From Bugula neritina (lineage: Eukaryota; Animalia; Bryozoa): DNA of 64,000 nt. The stretch spans positions 33,665,504 through 33,729,503 of the forward strand of contig OZ037765.1 in NCBI GenBank assembly GCA_964035545.1, given 5' to 3'. Under the pieces are notes generated by a model. It was not told the DNA's origin. It did no database searches and worked only from the letters and a program-made list of their open reading frames with translations. Positions 47,001 to 59,988 of the stretch are shown here, one piece after another. A program made the position numbers and the translations under genes. How positions within the stretch are numbered: the stretch's first letter is position 1; each line of letters begins with the position of its first letter.

Positions 47001-48782
47001 TCTCTGCTGTAGACTCGTACAGGAAATACCAGAGAACTGTCTACTGGATAAAACAGTCTTCAAAACTTCTCTGGAACATTCTGGTCTGGACATTGCTAAT
47101 CTTTCCAAACCTATGACCATGCCAGGTAGAAAAACATCTAACAAAGTGTTTGTTTACAAGTCTACGTTGAATATAGGTCAGTATATGCTATTGGCCAATG
47201 GCATCACATCTGTGATTTCATTGGTTGACTAGATTTCTGCTGTGATTGCTGGATGCTGCCTTGCTAATACAACCAAAGGTCGCGCTGCCAGAGCCAGTCA
47301 CAAGTTCTAATACCAGATATTGTAATAGGATGGGATGAGTCGTGGCAACTGTGATTCTACTGCTAGTTTAATAAATCTGTTACTGTTAGACCACGTCGTC
47401 TACACACAGCAAATAACACACTGCTAGTATGTTTGCATTCTTTTGAGTTCAGAAACACACAAGATTATATTTCCAACTGCCTTGTGTTTTCTAAAGGGAT
47501 ACTCAACTGTCTACTTCCATTTACTATTCATCATAGTAATTTAATCTTAATAATCTGATTGTCTTTTTATAGTTTGTCTGTATGCTAATGAAATTCATCT
47601 TTATTGTTATTGGGCAATACACAGCTTTCTCCTTCTGAATACCCTCAGACCCCCTCCCTCTCTCTTCCCCCCCTCCCTGATCATCTCTTTTTCACGTCGT
47701 GTGATGGTCGGCTTTATATTTTAAATGTAACGACAACTCCAACATAATAATATGCACTGTTCTATTTCTCAACACTAGTATTGTTTCAACTCATGAGAAC
47801 ACAAACCTAGTAGTAACTGAGTGATAATATCTAGAGCCTAGACATGTTTCCTAGTTGTGTCACTTTCTTATTGTATTCATACAATGTTATATTATATCCT
47901 ACTACTATATGTTATACCATCATGTCGCACTAATAGTGCTGCTTGTATGACAGATAACATGGAGGTCTTCAGCGGGAAAGATTACGAGACCACATCTATT
48001 GGTAACCTTGAAATTGACAGTTTAGAGTCGTCACCCACTCTCAGACGGGTGAGTGTAGAGGTCATGTAGCAGTGTAGAGGTCGCGTAGCAGTGTAGAGAT
48101 CATGTAGCAGTGTAGAGGTCTTGTAGCAGTGTAGAGATCATGTAGCAGTGTAGAGTTCATGTAGCAGTATAGAGGTCATGTTACTGTTACAGAATAGCAC
48201 AGTGATACCAGCTGACGAGAGGCTGACATTTAGTCAAATTAAGACAGCGTTGGCCTCGGAAGAAGATCTGGCAGCTGTTGAAGCCATCCGCAGACAAACA
48301 CGGCAGGAGTTTGAGACAGCCCCTCTTGAGATTATTATGAATCGGGCGACTAGCAGAGTAAGTATATGATTAGTAGAGAAGTACACTACTAGTAACAATA
48401 CAATATCATTCTCTTCATGATTTGCTGTTTCAACTGATGTGTAGTCATGATCTAAAACAGCCACTATTTGATTTTATAGTTGCTATTCCAATAAGCGTTG
48501 AATGCAATGTGTGACACTATTTCCAGTATTTCTATAGCAGTATTAAAATTACCAGTAAGTGTAGTTCAGGTATAAAATGAGTTGACCAAGCGCAGCAGCC
48601 AGTGAAAATACCCGGTCTATTTGTTATATTGTGATGGGAGTTGTACCACCTTGTTTCAGAGTAACTTGCATGACCGACTGTTTGAGATCCTAGGAGATGA
48701 TGACGTGGACGGCGCACTGATTGACACACAGCAGGCTGTAGCTATTGAGAACATCAAATACCCCGCTATGTTTGTTTATTGA
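35038..48782 (+). CDS. EFR3: EFR3 homolog (PI4KIIIalpha plasma-membrane scaffold), about 785 aa, 19 exons
   Basis: Exons 35038-35047, 35965-36041, 36424-36551, 37528-37678, 38276-38391, 39344-39484, 41505-41636, 42614-42692, 43362-43497, 43976-44104, 44270-44360, 44666-44896, 45504-45741, 46468-46596, 46799-46872, 47013-47125, 47954-48048, 48193-48357, 48660-48782; phases consistent. N-terminal palmitoylation-type Cys cluster CIGCCAGC, KLTYYALSNPQKLDRIGEYL, FVKFSNIEEDTPSYHRRYDFFVSQF, C-terminal IKYPAMFVY. Confidence 0.96.
35546..35846. repeat. Intronic minisatellite, 15-bp unit
   Basis: atactaactatacat. Confidence 0.95.
36563..37380. repeat. Intronic minisatellite, 23-bp unit
   Basis: attcacataatatattgtgttat; starts 11 bp after the donor. 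Confidence 0.95.
37713..38200. repeat. Intronic minisatellite, 14-bp unit
   Basis: agtagagtatacag. Confidence 0.95.
38418..38757. repeat. Intronic minisatellite, 39-bp unit
   Basis: cattactctcctctacctaggagttattctctcataggt. Confidence 0.95.
39457..41294 (+). repeat. 34-bp tandem repeat duplicating the EFR3 exon end plus 5' splice site (54 donor copies)
   Basis: Unit gtaagttactgtataacatgcactcagggccaga. First GT at 39485 and last at 41287, a distance of 53 x 34. Confidence 0.96.
41645..42608. repeat. Intronic minisatellite, 21-bp unit, fills the intron
   Basis: gtgtgtaatactgtatactat. Confidence 0.95.
42712..43310. repeat. Intronic minisatellite, 20-bp unit
   Basis: gtgtaatataactatacgta. Confidence 0.95.
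45734..46386 (+). repeat. 30-bp tandem repeat containing CTGCAG|GTA (22 donor copies)
   Basis: First GT at 45742 and last at 46372, a distance of 21 x 30. Confidence 0.96.
46616..46775. repeat. Intronic minisatellite, 33-bp unit
   Basis: tggcgatagtcatgagtactaggtactataagc. Confidence 0.9.
48052..48181. repeat. Intronic minisatellite, 19-bp unit, fills the intron
   Basis: agtgtagaggtcatgtagc. Confidence 0.92.
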
Positions 48783-48975
48783 TTCTTTGATTATTTATTG
48801 TTTTATAGACTAATATATTTTATGTGGTTAGAGTTTTTACAATTCTTCATTGTCATTTGTCGTATAGCTTTTAAATATTTTTTTTTTCAAAAATTATCAA
48901 ATTTGATTTGTTGCAAAAATAACTAAATATATGAAAAATTAATCCCAGAAAGTCATAAAGTCTACGTCATTGAAT

Positions 48976-51900
48976 TTAATCTGCAGAATTGTCTGCCCGT
49001 GGTTGACAGGAAATGGAATATGCATGCAGTTGGTTCCCCTTGTTTGGTGTGGATGCTATTGATGGCTTCCACTCCGCATTCTCTCCCTCCGTTCTCTGAA
49101 GTGACCAGTTCACGGCCACATTTCTGATATCCTGCAGGGACGAGGTGTCCGTGCAGAACGTGTGAGTAATTTGACTGGCATAGCCCGTATCCCCGGCGCA
49201 TCCAGCATTGGAGTGTTCGGAGGACTGGTGAAAGGGCACCGTGTGACTAGCATAGCCTATGTCCCCGTTACTATGAACTGCAGAGTTATCGGAGGGTTTC
49301 TGAGGCTGATGAACAGTCTGCTTTTCTTCTACTTCTTCTCTTTCTGCTGCTGTGTCTAGAGCACCTGCTGTCACTGTGTTTAGAGCACCTGCTGTCACTG
49401 TGCCTAGAGCACCTGCTGTCACTGTGTCTAAAGCACCTGCTGTCACTGTGTCTAGAGCACCTGCTGTCACTGTGTCTAGAGCACCTGCTGTCACTGTGTC
49501 TAGAGCACCTGCTGTCACTGTGTCTCTAACGTCTGCTGCATCTACTTTCATATAACTCAGCTCCTCGTCAGACTCAGTCTCTAATCCTCGGTTGGAGACG
49601 TGAAAAATATCTGCAGATAAATACAGCCAATCAGGAGAACACAATGAATACAGACAGTAAAGTGAAATAATCTGTCCAGATCAGCTCCAGAACATTGAAA
49701 CAAGTTGATAAAAAAAACTTGAAATGCACTTTTTTGACCAGCATTTCTGTTAATAATCAGCATTTCTATTAATAATCAGCATTTCTATCAGTGAAGAAAT
49801 TTAATCTCTAAAAATTGACTAGTCAAGATTTAATATGGAAAAAAAGCATCAAAATTCTATACAATGTTAGTGTGAGAAAGTGCAGACAACTCTTATATTA
49901 TTACAAGTGCTTCAGGAAAGTTAGCTTTGTCATTAAATGTTGAATTATTAGCCTTTCTTTCCAGGCCAGGTTGGGTTCAGTATGAATGCCACTCAACTAT
50001 GCCCTGCGAGGGCTCAAGCCCTGTTGCTACTGACAACAATCACTAATTCCTTGTTCGTAGCATATCAACTAAGGGGTAAGAACTGTCACTAAATTTATTA
50101 CAAAACGTGACGTGAAGCAAACTGAATGACCAATAGTATGCAAGATATATTTGAAAGACATTTCCAGTAACATGATGCTCATAGAGCGCTTTGTGTTTGA
50201 TAAGTAAACCAGTCAATTATGTGTATCAGTCAATACCTGGAGATGCCTGGGAAAGACGACTTCTCGGAGATGTTTGTGGAAGACAACTCCGTGGAGATGG
50301 TGGAGTACCTGGTAACAAATACTATGTATGTCATTGATTACATAATACAGAGCCGCTTCAGTACTCTCGGGATAGCCTGGGGTTATACTAGTGGTGTTAC
50401 AGGGGTACACATAGTAGTGATGTTACAGGGGTACACATAGTAGTGGTGTTACAGGGGTACACATACTAGTGGTGTTACAGGGGTACATATACTAGTGGTG
50501 TTACAGGGGTACACATACTAGTGGTGTTACAGGGGTACACATAGTAGTGGTGTTACAGGGGTACACATAGTAGTGGTGTTACAGGGGTACACATAATAGT
50601 GGTGTTACAGGGGTACACATACTAGTGGTGTTGCAGGGGTACACATAGTAGTGGTGTTACAGGGGTACACATACTAGTGGTGTTACAGGGGTACACATAG
50701 TAGTGGTGTTACAGGGGTACACATAATAGTGGTGTTACAGGGGTACACATAGTAGTAGTGTTACAGGCGTACACATACTAGTGGTGTTACAGGGGTACAT
50801 ATAGTAGTGGTGTTACAGGGGTACACATAGTAGTGGTGTTACAGGGGTACACATACTAGTGGTGTTACAGGGGTACACATAGTAGTGGTGTTACAGGGGT
50901 ACACATACTAGTGGTGTTACAGGGGTTCACATAGTTGTGGTGTTACAGGGGTACATATACTAGTGGTGTTACAGGGGTATACATAGTTGTGGTGTTACAG
51001 GGGTACACATACTAGTGGTGTTACAGGGGTACACATACTAGTGGTGTTACAGGGGTACACATAATAGTGGTGTTACAGGGGTACACATACTAGTGGTGTT
51101 ACAGGGGTACACATACCAGAGGTATTTTCTCTCGAAGCTGAAGAAATGGGGGAAACGTTGGGTGAAGTGTTTGAGAGATGTGGCGGGGAGAACGAGCACC
51201 TTCGCTGAGTCAGAAACTCACTTCCACTAAAATTTACGGGACTAGATGACGCAATATCCATCTATAAATAGACAAGAAACACGCAGGCTAATGTCTATAA
51301 ATAGAAAATAAGAAAGTAGAGGGGCGTGACTAGAATGTCTGGCGTAATATATCCATTATTGGGGCCACATAGACAATTTAAATTTATAGAAACGGTTTAA
51401 ATTTGATTGTTAATTATTATAGAAGCGTTTAGGTTTATAAAAGCAGTTGGCTGTGCGAGAACTAACCAGGGGAGGTGATTGCCACAAGTCGCGAGATGCT
51501 ATGGGCTGTACCTCCGGCAACAGAGAATCGGACGAGTCACTTTCCTGGTCGACAAACAGCTTGCGGCGCAGACTAGCGTTACTGAATGAGTCACCTCTGT
51601 TCAGCTCCTCACTCTGAGATTCCGAGAGTACATATTGCTCTAAACAAAGCGGCAATAGTGCACTGTATATCACACTGTATATCACAATGTATATCACAAT
51701 GTATATTACACTGTATATTACACTGTATATCACACTGTATATCACAATGTATATCACAATGTATATTACACTGTATATTACACTGTATATTACACTGTGT
51801 ATTACACTGTATATTACACTGTATATTACACTATATATTACACTGTATATTACACTGTATATTACACAGCGTATTACACTGTGTATTACACTGTATATTA

Positions 51901-54838
51901 CACTGTATATTACACTATATATCACACTGTATATTACACTGTATATTACACAGCGTATTACACTGTGTATTACACTGTATATTACACTGTGTATTACACT
52001 GTATATTACACTGTGTATTACACTGTATATTACACTGTGTATTACACTATTACCATATATAATATAATTATATTATACGCAAGAATCAAAAAGGTTACGA
52101 TGAGAAACATTGAATAATATATTATACTACATGATAACTTACTTAGAAGTTGCTTCAAGTCCACAGAGAAAGGAATGTGAAGGTCTGTTTGACAGGAAAC
52201 TGAAACAATGATGACAAGAATTACTCTTCCTATACAGTTACTAATAATAGAATACTCTTCCTATACAGTTACTAATAATAGAATACTCTTCTTATACGGT
52301 TACTAATAATAGAATACTCTTCCTATACAGTTACTAATAATAGAATACTCTTCCTATACAGTTACTAATAATAGAATACTCTTCTTATACAGTTACTAAT
52401 AATAGAATACTCTTCTTATACGGTTACTAATAATAGAATATTCTCCTTATACAGTTACTAATAATAGAATACTATACTCTCCCTATACAGTTACTAATAA
52501 TAGAATACTCTTCCTATACAGTTACTAATAATAGAATACTCTTCCTATACAGTTACTAATAATAGAATACTCTTCTTATACGGTTACTAATAATAGAATA
52601 CTCTTCCTATACAGTTACTAATAATAGAATACTCTTCCTATACAGTTACTAATAATAGAATACTCTTCTTATACAGTTACTAATAATAGAATACTCTTCT
52701 TATACGGTTACTAATAATAGAATACTCTTCCTATACAGTTACTAATAATAGAATGCTCTTCTTATAGAGTTACTAATAATAGAATGCTCTCCCTATACAG
52801 TTACTAATAATAGAATACTCTTCCTATACAGTTACTAATAATAGAATACTCTTCCTATACAGTTACTAATAATAGAATACTCTTCTTATACGGTTACTAA
52901 TAATAGAATACTCTTCCTATACAGTTACTAATAATAGAATGCTCTTCTTATAGAGTTACTAATAATAGAATGCTCTCCCTATACAGTTACTAATAATAGA
53001 ATACTCTTCTTATACAGTTACTAATAATAGAATACTCTTCTTATACAGTTACTAATAATAGAATACTCTTCTTATACAGTTACTAATAATAGAATACTCT
53101 TCTTATACAGTTACTAATAATAGAATACTCTTCTTATACGGTTACTAATAATAGAATACTCTTCTTATACAGTTACTAATAATAGAATACTCTTCCTATA
53201 CAGTTACTAATAATAGAATATTCTTCTTATACAGTTACTAATAATAGAATACTCTTCCTATACAGTTACTAATAATAGAATACTCTTCCTATACAGTTAC
53301 TAATAATAGAATACTCTTCTTATACAGTTACTAATAATAGAATATTCTTCTTATACAGTTACTAATAATAGAATACTCTTCCTGTACAGTTACTAATAAT
53401 AGAATACTCTTCCTATACAGTTACTAATAATAGAATACTCTTCTTATACAGTTACTAATAATAGAATGCTTACCATTCCTCACAGCTTTGCTCTCCTCCT
53501 CTATATTCGCCAGAATGTTGGTCTTCTGAACCGGCTCAGTGAAGGGAGACGGGGCTATCTGGGAACTCTGGAAGAAGCTGTCTATGTAATCCTGAGAGTG
53601 GTGAAACGTCTTCAGCTCCGTTCTACAATTCCAGTCGTACAGAAAAAGATAATCTCAAAAATTATTCTTAAAAACTAAAATTAAAAAATAACATTTTTTA
53701 AAATTCAAAGTGCAACACCTACTAAAATACAGAGGAATAATACATATGATATATAACATATTTGTTTAGCTGTATATGATGCATTGTGGGATACAACGGC
53801 AGCGTCAGCAGCATGCTATATGTATCACAACATTGAACAGAGATATTCAATACGTATGCAGTTGCATAACGTGCGCTTCATACATGCTACAAACTGGTAT
53901 AATGAATTACTGCAGATTTCCCTTGAACACAATACAAAATTACTACAGATTTCCCCTGAACACACCTATGCTGTCTCTCCAACCTCGCAGTGACATCACC
54001 AAACTCCTGAGGAGCCAGAATAGCTTGCTGCTCAATATCCCACTTGAATGGTAGCTTCTACAACAGTACGACTCAACACTCTGACTATTGAGTACTTCCT
54101 GTATCAGTGCGACTCAACACTGTGACTATTGAGTACTTCCTGCATCAGTACGACTCCACACTATGACTATTGAGTACTTCATGTATCACTCAACACTATG
54201 ACTGATGAATATCTGTTGTTAGATACAACTTTGAGAATATTTTAGTGAAACCATCAAAATGATTACAAATATTGACACTTACTTTCATGCACTGTGTATG
54301 TACACTATAATAGTATACTATATAGTTCACTGAAAGCATTAGTCAAATTCTGATAATTTATTCCCAACACACTTTCTGTTCTCATATGAAAGAGATAATG
54401 ACATTGATACGACAGATAAGTTCTACAACCTTGACCTTCATAATGATATACAGATAGGCATAGAATCTTTTCAACTCAGACAACACAAGTTGAAAGTTGA
54501 ATGGAAAATAAAACTCCATGAAGTGCTTTTCTCTTCCACCCTGTAACTCTATCACTTAGTATTATGTGTTACCTTAGAGCTTCCACCCTGTAACTCTATC
54601 ACTTAGTATTATGTGTTACCTTAGAGCCAGGGGTGGAGTCAACAGTCTTTTTGAAAATGCCAGGGGTTACCACCGGGTGCTTCAGGCGTTCTAAATCTGT
54701 CTCGAAAGGATTGAATATTGGTGAAGGAGTATTCTGAATGCTAGCATTCTCACTGGTGATGCGGGTGATAGGGGGACTGCTCAAACATGTGTGAACAAGT
54801 GAGGATTGCGGGCTAGAGTGAGGAAACATCCCCGGCAT
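48976..54838 (-). CDS. BORA: Protein aurora borealis (Aurora A activator), about 513 aa, 8 exons
   Basis: Exons on the minus strand: 54838-54620, 54057-53966, 53622-53474, 52199-52143, 51639-51467, 51261-51117, 50308-50237, 49610-48976; phases consistent. Motifs NPFE..TPG, FKWDIEQQAILAPQEF, IDSFF...IAPSPF, SCQTDLHIP.SVDL, SLRRKLF, and many SP/TP sites. Confidence 0.9.
50386..51116 (-). repeat. 26-bp intronic repeat starting exactly at a BORA donor
   Basis: gtatgtgtacccctgtaacaccacta on the minus strand, about 28 copies. Confidence 0.95.
51661..52050. repeat. Intronic minisatellite, 12-bp unit
   Basis: cactgtatatta. Confidence 0.95.
52222..53470. repeat. Intronic minisatellite, 31-bp unit, fills the intron
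   Basis: tactcttcctatacagttactaataatagaa. Confidence 0.96.
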
Positions 54839-57800
54839 GAACACACAACTCCCTAGAGACTCAGCTATATATGCATGGAAACTTTCTTCTGTCTTCAGTC
54901 AACTGGCAACAGATGCACCAAATAGCGGAACTCTTAGATATAACAAACAATATAATATTATAAAAATAAATACCATGGCACATTTATAACACCATCGAGA
55001 TAAAAAAACTATTATTTTTTTAAATGTAAGTCAATCTTTGATGAGTTTTTATTAAACAATTAAACAACTAAAATATTTGAGAAAAGTCCTTGTAAAATAA
55101 AAACAAAATAATTTTTTTGTCGGATTTTGACTCGAAGACTTGTAATAGATCAATTAAAGATTTCAGTTGAGTTGAAAATTTCAGTTTGAGTCAGAAACTT
55201 AAATTGTGGCAAGTCAGCATCAATTCAAACCTGGGTGACTCAAAACTACCTCTAGTAACAAATGAGCTATGACAAGTGCGGAATAAATAGTACCATTCGC
55301 TGCACATTTAATGAATTAAATCATACGAATATAAGTAAGAAATTCTCATTAGTGTTCAACAAAAAATAAAAAAATTAAACTTTAGATTTAATGTTATATC
55401 TAATTTCTCCAATTTAAGTTATTAACATAAGACTAGAATAATTATAAAATCCAAGATAAAAATAAACTATATATATAAAAAAACATAATATAAAATACAA
55501 AATATACAAAATATATAATACAAAATTATAAATATTGAAATATTTGTTTGAGCTTTTAGGTTAACAAACTACAATAATAGCTGCTGGTGTCATTCAAAGC
55601 CAAGCTTAATCCCAATTCAATAAAAGACTTTCAGTCTGACGTTCAGAAAGAAAATTAAAATCTTTCTTAGTTTTAATTGGAATTTAAGTTAGACATAATT
55701 ACCTAACTCTAGTATTTGTAGGCCAATTACAATTATGGCAACAATGAAGGTCATTCTCATGCTTAAAGCGAACCATCTAGTATAAAGTATTGATGTCATC
55801 ATTATGACAGTATAAAATATGATCACTGGTAGATGCACTTGTGTTAATAGCTATACTCATACTCATATTGATAAACATGCTCACTTGCAAAATTTATAGT
55901 AAAACCCCCAGTAAGAACTTCAGCACTTTGACCTTCATCTCAGAAGTTCAGTAGTGATTTTCCTATTCTCACTTTCAGTTTATATCAGGATCAATATGGG
56001 TTTTATTAGTATATTCACTTATAAGCATTACTTCTAATACTACTACTAACCAACTATAAGTATAACTACTAGTATTACTATTACTATAACGAAAAGTTAG
56101 TGAAATTAACAATTATTATTAAACTTAAACTTAAAGCTATTATAATCATTGTTCATACAACTTACAAGTATGAATATTAAATGTTAATATTCAAATATGA
56201 CAATTACTATAACTATAAGTACCACTATTAGTATTAGTATTAGTATAAATTGAATTATTCAGCAATTGTATTTAATTTTATATTGATATTTATATTGAAT
56301 TTGATACTCATTTGATTAATTCATCATCATTATGATTATCATTATCATTATGGTGATCATCTTGTTTAACTAATCATTATGATTACCATTATGATTATCT
56401 CATAGTTATACTAATACTTATAGACTATAGTTTGGGTATAGTTATTAAACTTTGAAGTTGAAATATTAATAATATTTTAATTTTAGTAAAGTAAAAGTAA
56501 AACTGTTTCAGTTTTACTTTTAGTTTTAGGCCACTTTTTATTTTACTTTACACTCGCCCTCGGCCTCTACTACTTCTACTCTCTAGAGAAAGACAAGGAA
56601 CAAACTTAAAAAAGTACTGTCAGTAAATAAATAATAATTTAAATATAATGCTTATCAATAAGCGCAAAGGAACAAGATTCAGGTGTTGAAGGCTGGAATG
56701 TTGCCATTGTGGTTATTTGAATATACCTCCTTCGTACAAACCAGTTATTTTTGAATGAGCCTTCAAATCAGTTGCTGTTTAAAAAAAACTCCTCAGATTG
56801 TTTTAGATATTTGATTGAATGGTAAGGCGGGCCACCCGTTTGATCATTTAAATATCGCGGTACGATTTTTGGCACTCTTGTTTTCTGCACTGAGAACTGC
56901 TAGGAGCAGCAGCAAATTAAGGCTTTTTGTTATTTGAACTGTGAACCCCCAGCTTTAAGCTTGCGAGCTTCCCGCTTTACTAACCTTTAGCTCAGTGCGG
57001 TTTCAAGCGAATTTCTTAACTTTATGGCTGATGCTGCTAGTCAAATTAAGAATTATCTTATCTACATTGCGTTGCCCGCTACTGAACTGAAACTATGGAC
57101 GTTATAGTTCAATGTTGCCAACATTCTCCCAAAGTCACTGAGTCATAGGTATTAATATTGTAAACTGTAATACTTCAGTGTGTTGAGAATTGCATCAATT
57201 ATGCATATTTTTATAGTTTTAACGACTATAAGTCAAAATAAAACATACAATGCATTATTAATAAATGCAACACAATCTTCTTCCAATAGCAGATTTCATC
57301 AGTAAACTTTTAATAGTCTCCTATACGCCTATACGGGCTATGCCTTTAGCTGCACAGGGTATAGAAACATAATTTAAGCCATGACATGTTTTCCTGTATG
57401 TAAGATTGTACTGGGCATGTGTATAATCTTACTATAAAATGCTGTGCTTGATACTTGGCCATATAAAGTGTGTGTGCATGCATGTGTTTATTAAAGCTAT
57501 CATTAAAAAAGAAAAAATACCAAACTGTTATTTGCAAATTTTCTGCATTGAATTAATTTACCTAAGTCAGTGGGTGAAACATTGTTGGTTGATATAATCA
57601 ACTGTTTCAGAGAGTTCTATAGCAATACCTCCATAAGAATATAAAATGTCTATTAATTTCTCATGATTTATTAATTAGCAGCATTGTATATTTGCATATT
57701 GTAACTCATTTTAAAAATTTTAGGCTGCCATCATGATGGTCCAAAAAACAATATATATTTCTTTGATAGTAATAGATTGTTTGTAATGTAAAAAATGGTG

Positions 57801-59817
57801 CTGTTAATGTAGGTCTAGATTTGTTTTTTTCAATTTTATAGACATGCAAGTTTAAGTTATATAAACCTCAGCTTCTCTGTTACCCTTGTAGCAGATTTAT
57901 GATGTGACTAAATTAAACTGTGACAGGGAACAATTTTATGCTCTACATGTCTTTACATTTCACTACAACATAACCAACTTCCTTTCTTGCTCTAATATCA
58001 CAAAAATTGATCTATTTTGTAACTATGTTCGTGATTCAAAATAGTATTTATAATGTTGGATGCTTTCAAATATTCGAAATTTAAATAAATTGCAATTGTA
58101 GTCTTTAAATGTAATGCTATAGATTTTTAATAGAACACTAAATTTGCAAATTGAGGATATTGTAGGTTATCTCTGGAGTTGTCTTTCTTATTGATGGGCC
58201 ATTAGTATACGCTTTATTTTCATTGGATGAAAACAGAAAGAAAAAAGCACACGCCGTGTTAATGTTTACAGTAAAATCATAGGCTTTGCAGACGCGACCT
58301 ATCATTTGCTGTGCAACTGCAAGGTTGTGCTAACAGTGGTAAACTCAAATTGAAATTGTCAACATGAGCATGACATTGGATTACTTTTAGTTACCGTTAA
58401 AGATTAGTTAATTGCTAAATCTCGTTTTTATTTATTCGGGGGAATCAGAGCACCATTATGATTGTCAGTAATAAGTATCAAGTTTAACTAATTAAGTATC
58501 AGTATGAGTATCAGTATAAGTATTTCACTATTTCACTTTGAATTAATATTATAATCAATTTGAGGAAGGAAAATTTGATTACTTCTGCCTCTGGTTTTAG
58601 TACTAGTAGCACTAGTAGTAGTACTCTAGCAGTAGACAGTAGTAGTTATACTTATAGTAATTATATTTATAATAATTGAAGTTCAATTTGAACTAACTTC
58701 CACTAGTACTTGAGTACTTTTAGTTTCATCCGCTTACAATCATCAAATAATAGGGACTTTAGTTATCAACATCATGATCATCATAAATATAATTATATGT
58801 ATCCATATTTTCGTATTAAATTAATATGATATTAATTTAATATTAATATGAATATCAGGTTACATTATCTATATTATATCATTATTAGATAACAGAATGA
58901 TTATCATTATGATTATGTGACATGTCTATTCTGAAAGTAAATTTAAAAACATGTCAATATTCAATTTGATACTTGCAGTTAACGAGTTGTAATTAGCATT
59001 GTTGTATCCATATAATTATTATTATAAGTATACTTATAGCTGTGGAATTGAATAATAATAATTTTGTGATCAATTTATATGAATTACTTAGCTTATTAGT
59101 TACCTATTAACATACTCATAGCTATATCTATACTATTACTTGTCTAGTATAATCCTAATTCAGTTGAAAGTATTGCACTTTCATCTTCAAACTGAAACTT
59201 GGAAGTATGTGTTGTTTCAAATGCCAAACCCTGACTGTGCAATTCGATTTCACCTTACAATTGCAGCCTTGCCTCACTGTTTTTCTATGCTGTCATTTTT
59301 CAACAGGACTCTACCTTTCTCTATTACTGGTTTAAGCTATGTTTATTATAATTATGTACTTTTAGTAAATCAGTTTAATTTTTCTGCTCATGAAATACAG
59401 TAAATACACTGCAAAACAGAAACTTTACTGCCAGCCTAATCAACAAAATAAGTTTTGCATTTGTTTTGAATTTCCAGATTTTCTTGTGCTGGTCAAATAT
59501 TGTGTGGATCCTGCAGTTTTTAAGCTTTACTTCATATGCCAGCTCAATGGCCGTAAATGGACAAAGTCATTTAGGAATTAGAGCTCTTGTTTATGCAGCT
59601 AACCTCCCTTTACTTTTCCAGTTCATATAATTGATTAATAACTTTAATAATCATTATGCTAATTAGAAGCCAAACTTGCGAAACCTTGTAGCTTTTTGTA
59701 CAGTGATTATTCATACTAGCTTTTTTCCTTGACTTCCTGTTTACTCTACTTGGTATGCAAATGATTTAGCAACTTTATGCCCAGTCATTGAAACTGTGAA
59801 GAGTCTTGTTGTGTCAC

Positions 59818-59982
59818 TGCAGGAGACCACACTCTACCAATAGACTGAGTTCTTAGTTGCAGGAGGCCACACTCTACCAATAGACTGAGTTCTCAGTTGC
59901 AGGAGCCCACACTCTACCAATAGACTGAGTTCTTAGTTGCTAGAGACCACACTCTACCAATAGACTGAGTTCTCAGTAGCAG
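59818..59982 (+). repeat. 40-bp repeat duplicating a TGCAG|G acceptor just upstream of the ABCB1-like ATG
   Basis: tgcaggagaccacactctaccaatagactgagttcttagt x4, then gcaggcagacATG. Confidence 0.9.
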
Positions 59983-59988
59983 GCAGAC

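Noticed and set aside
47233-47267. Possible alternative terminal EFR3 exon (DFCCDCWMLPC*)
   Set aside because: Weak acceptor, and it would remove the conserved C-terminus. No support without transcripts.
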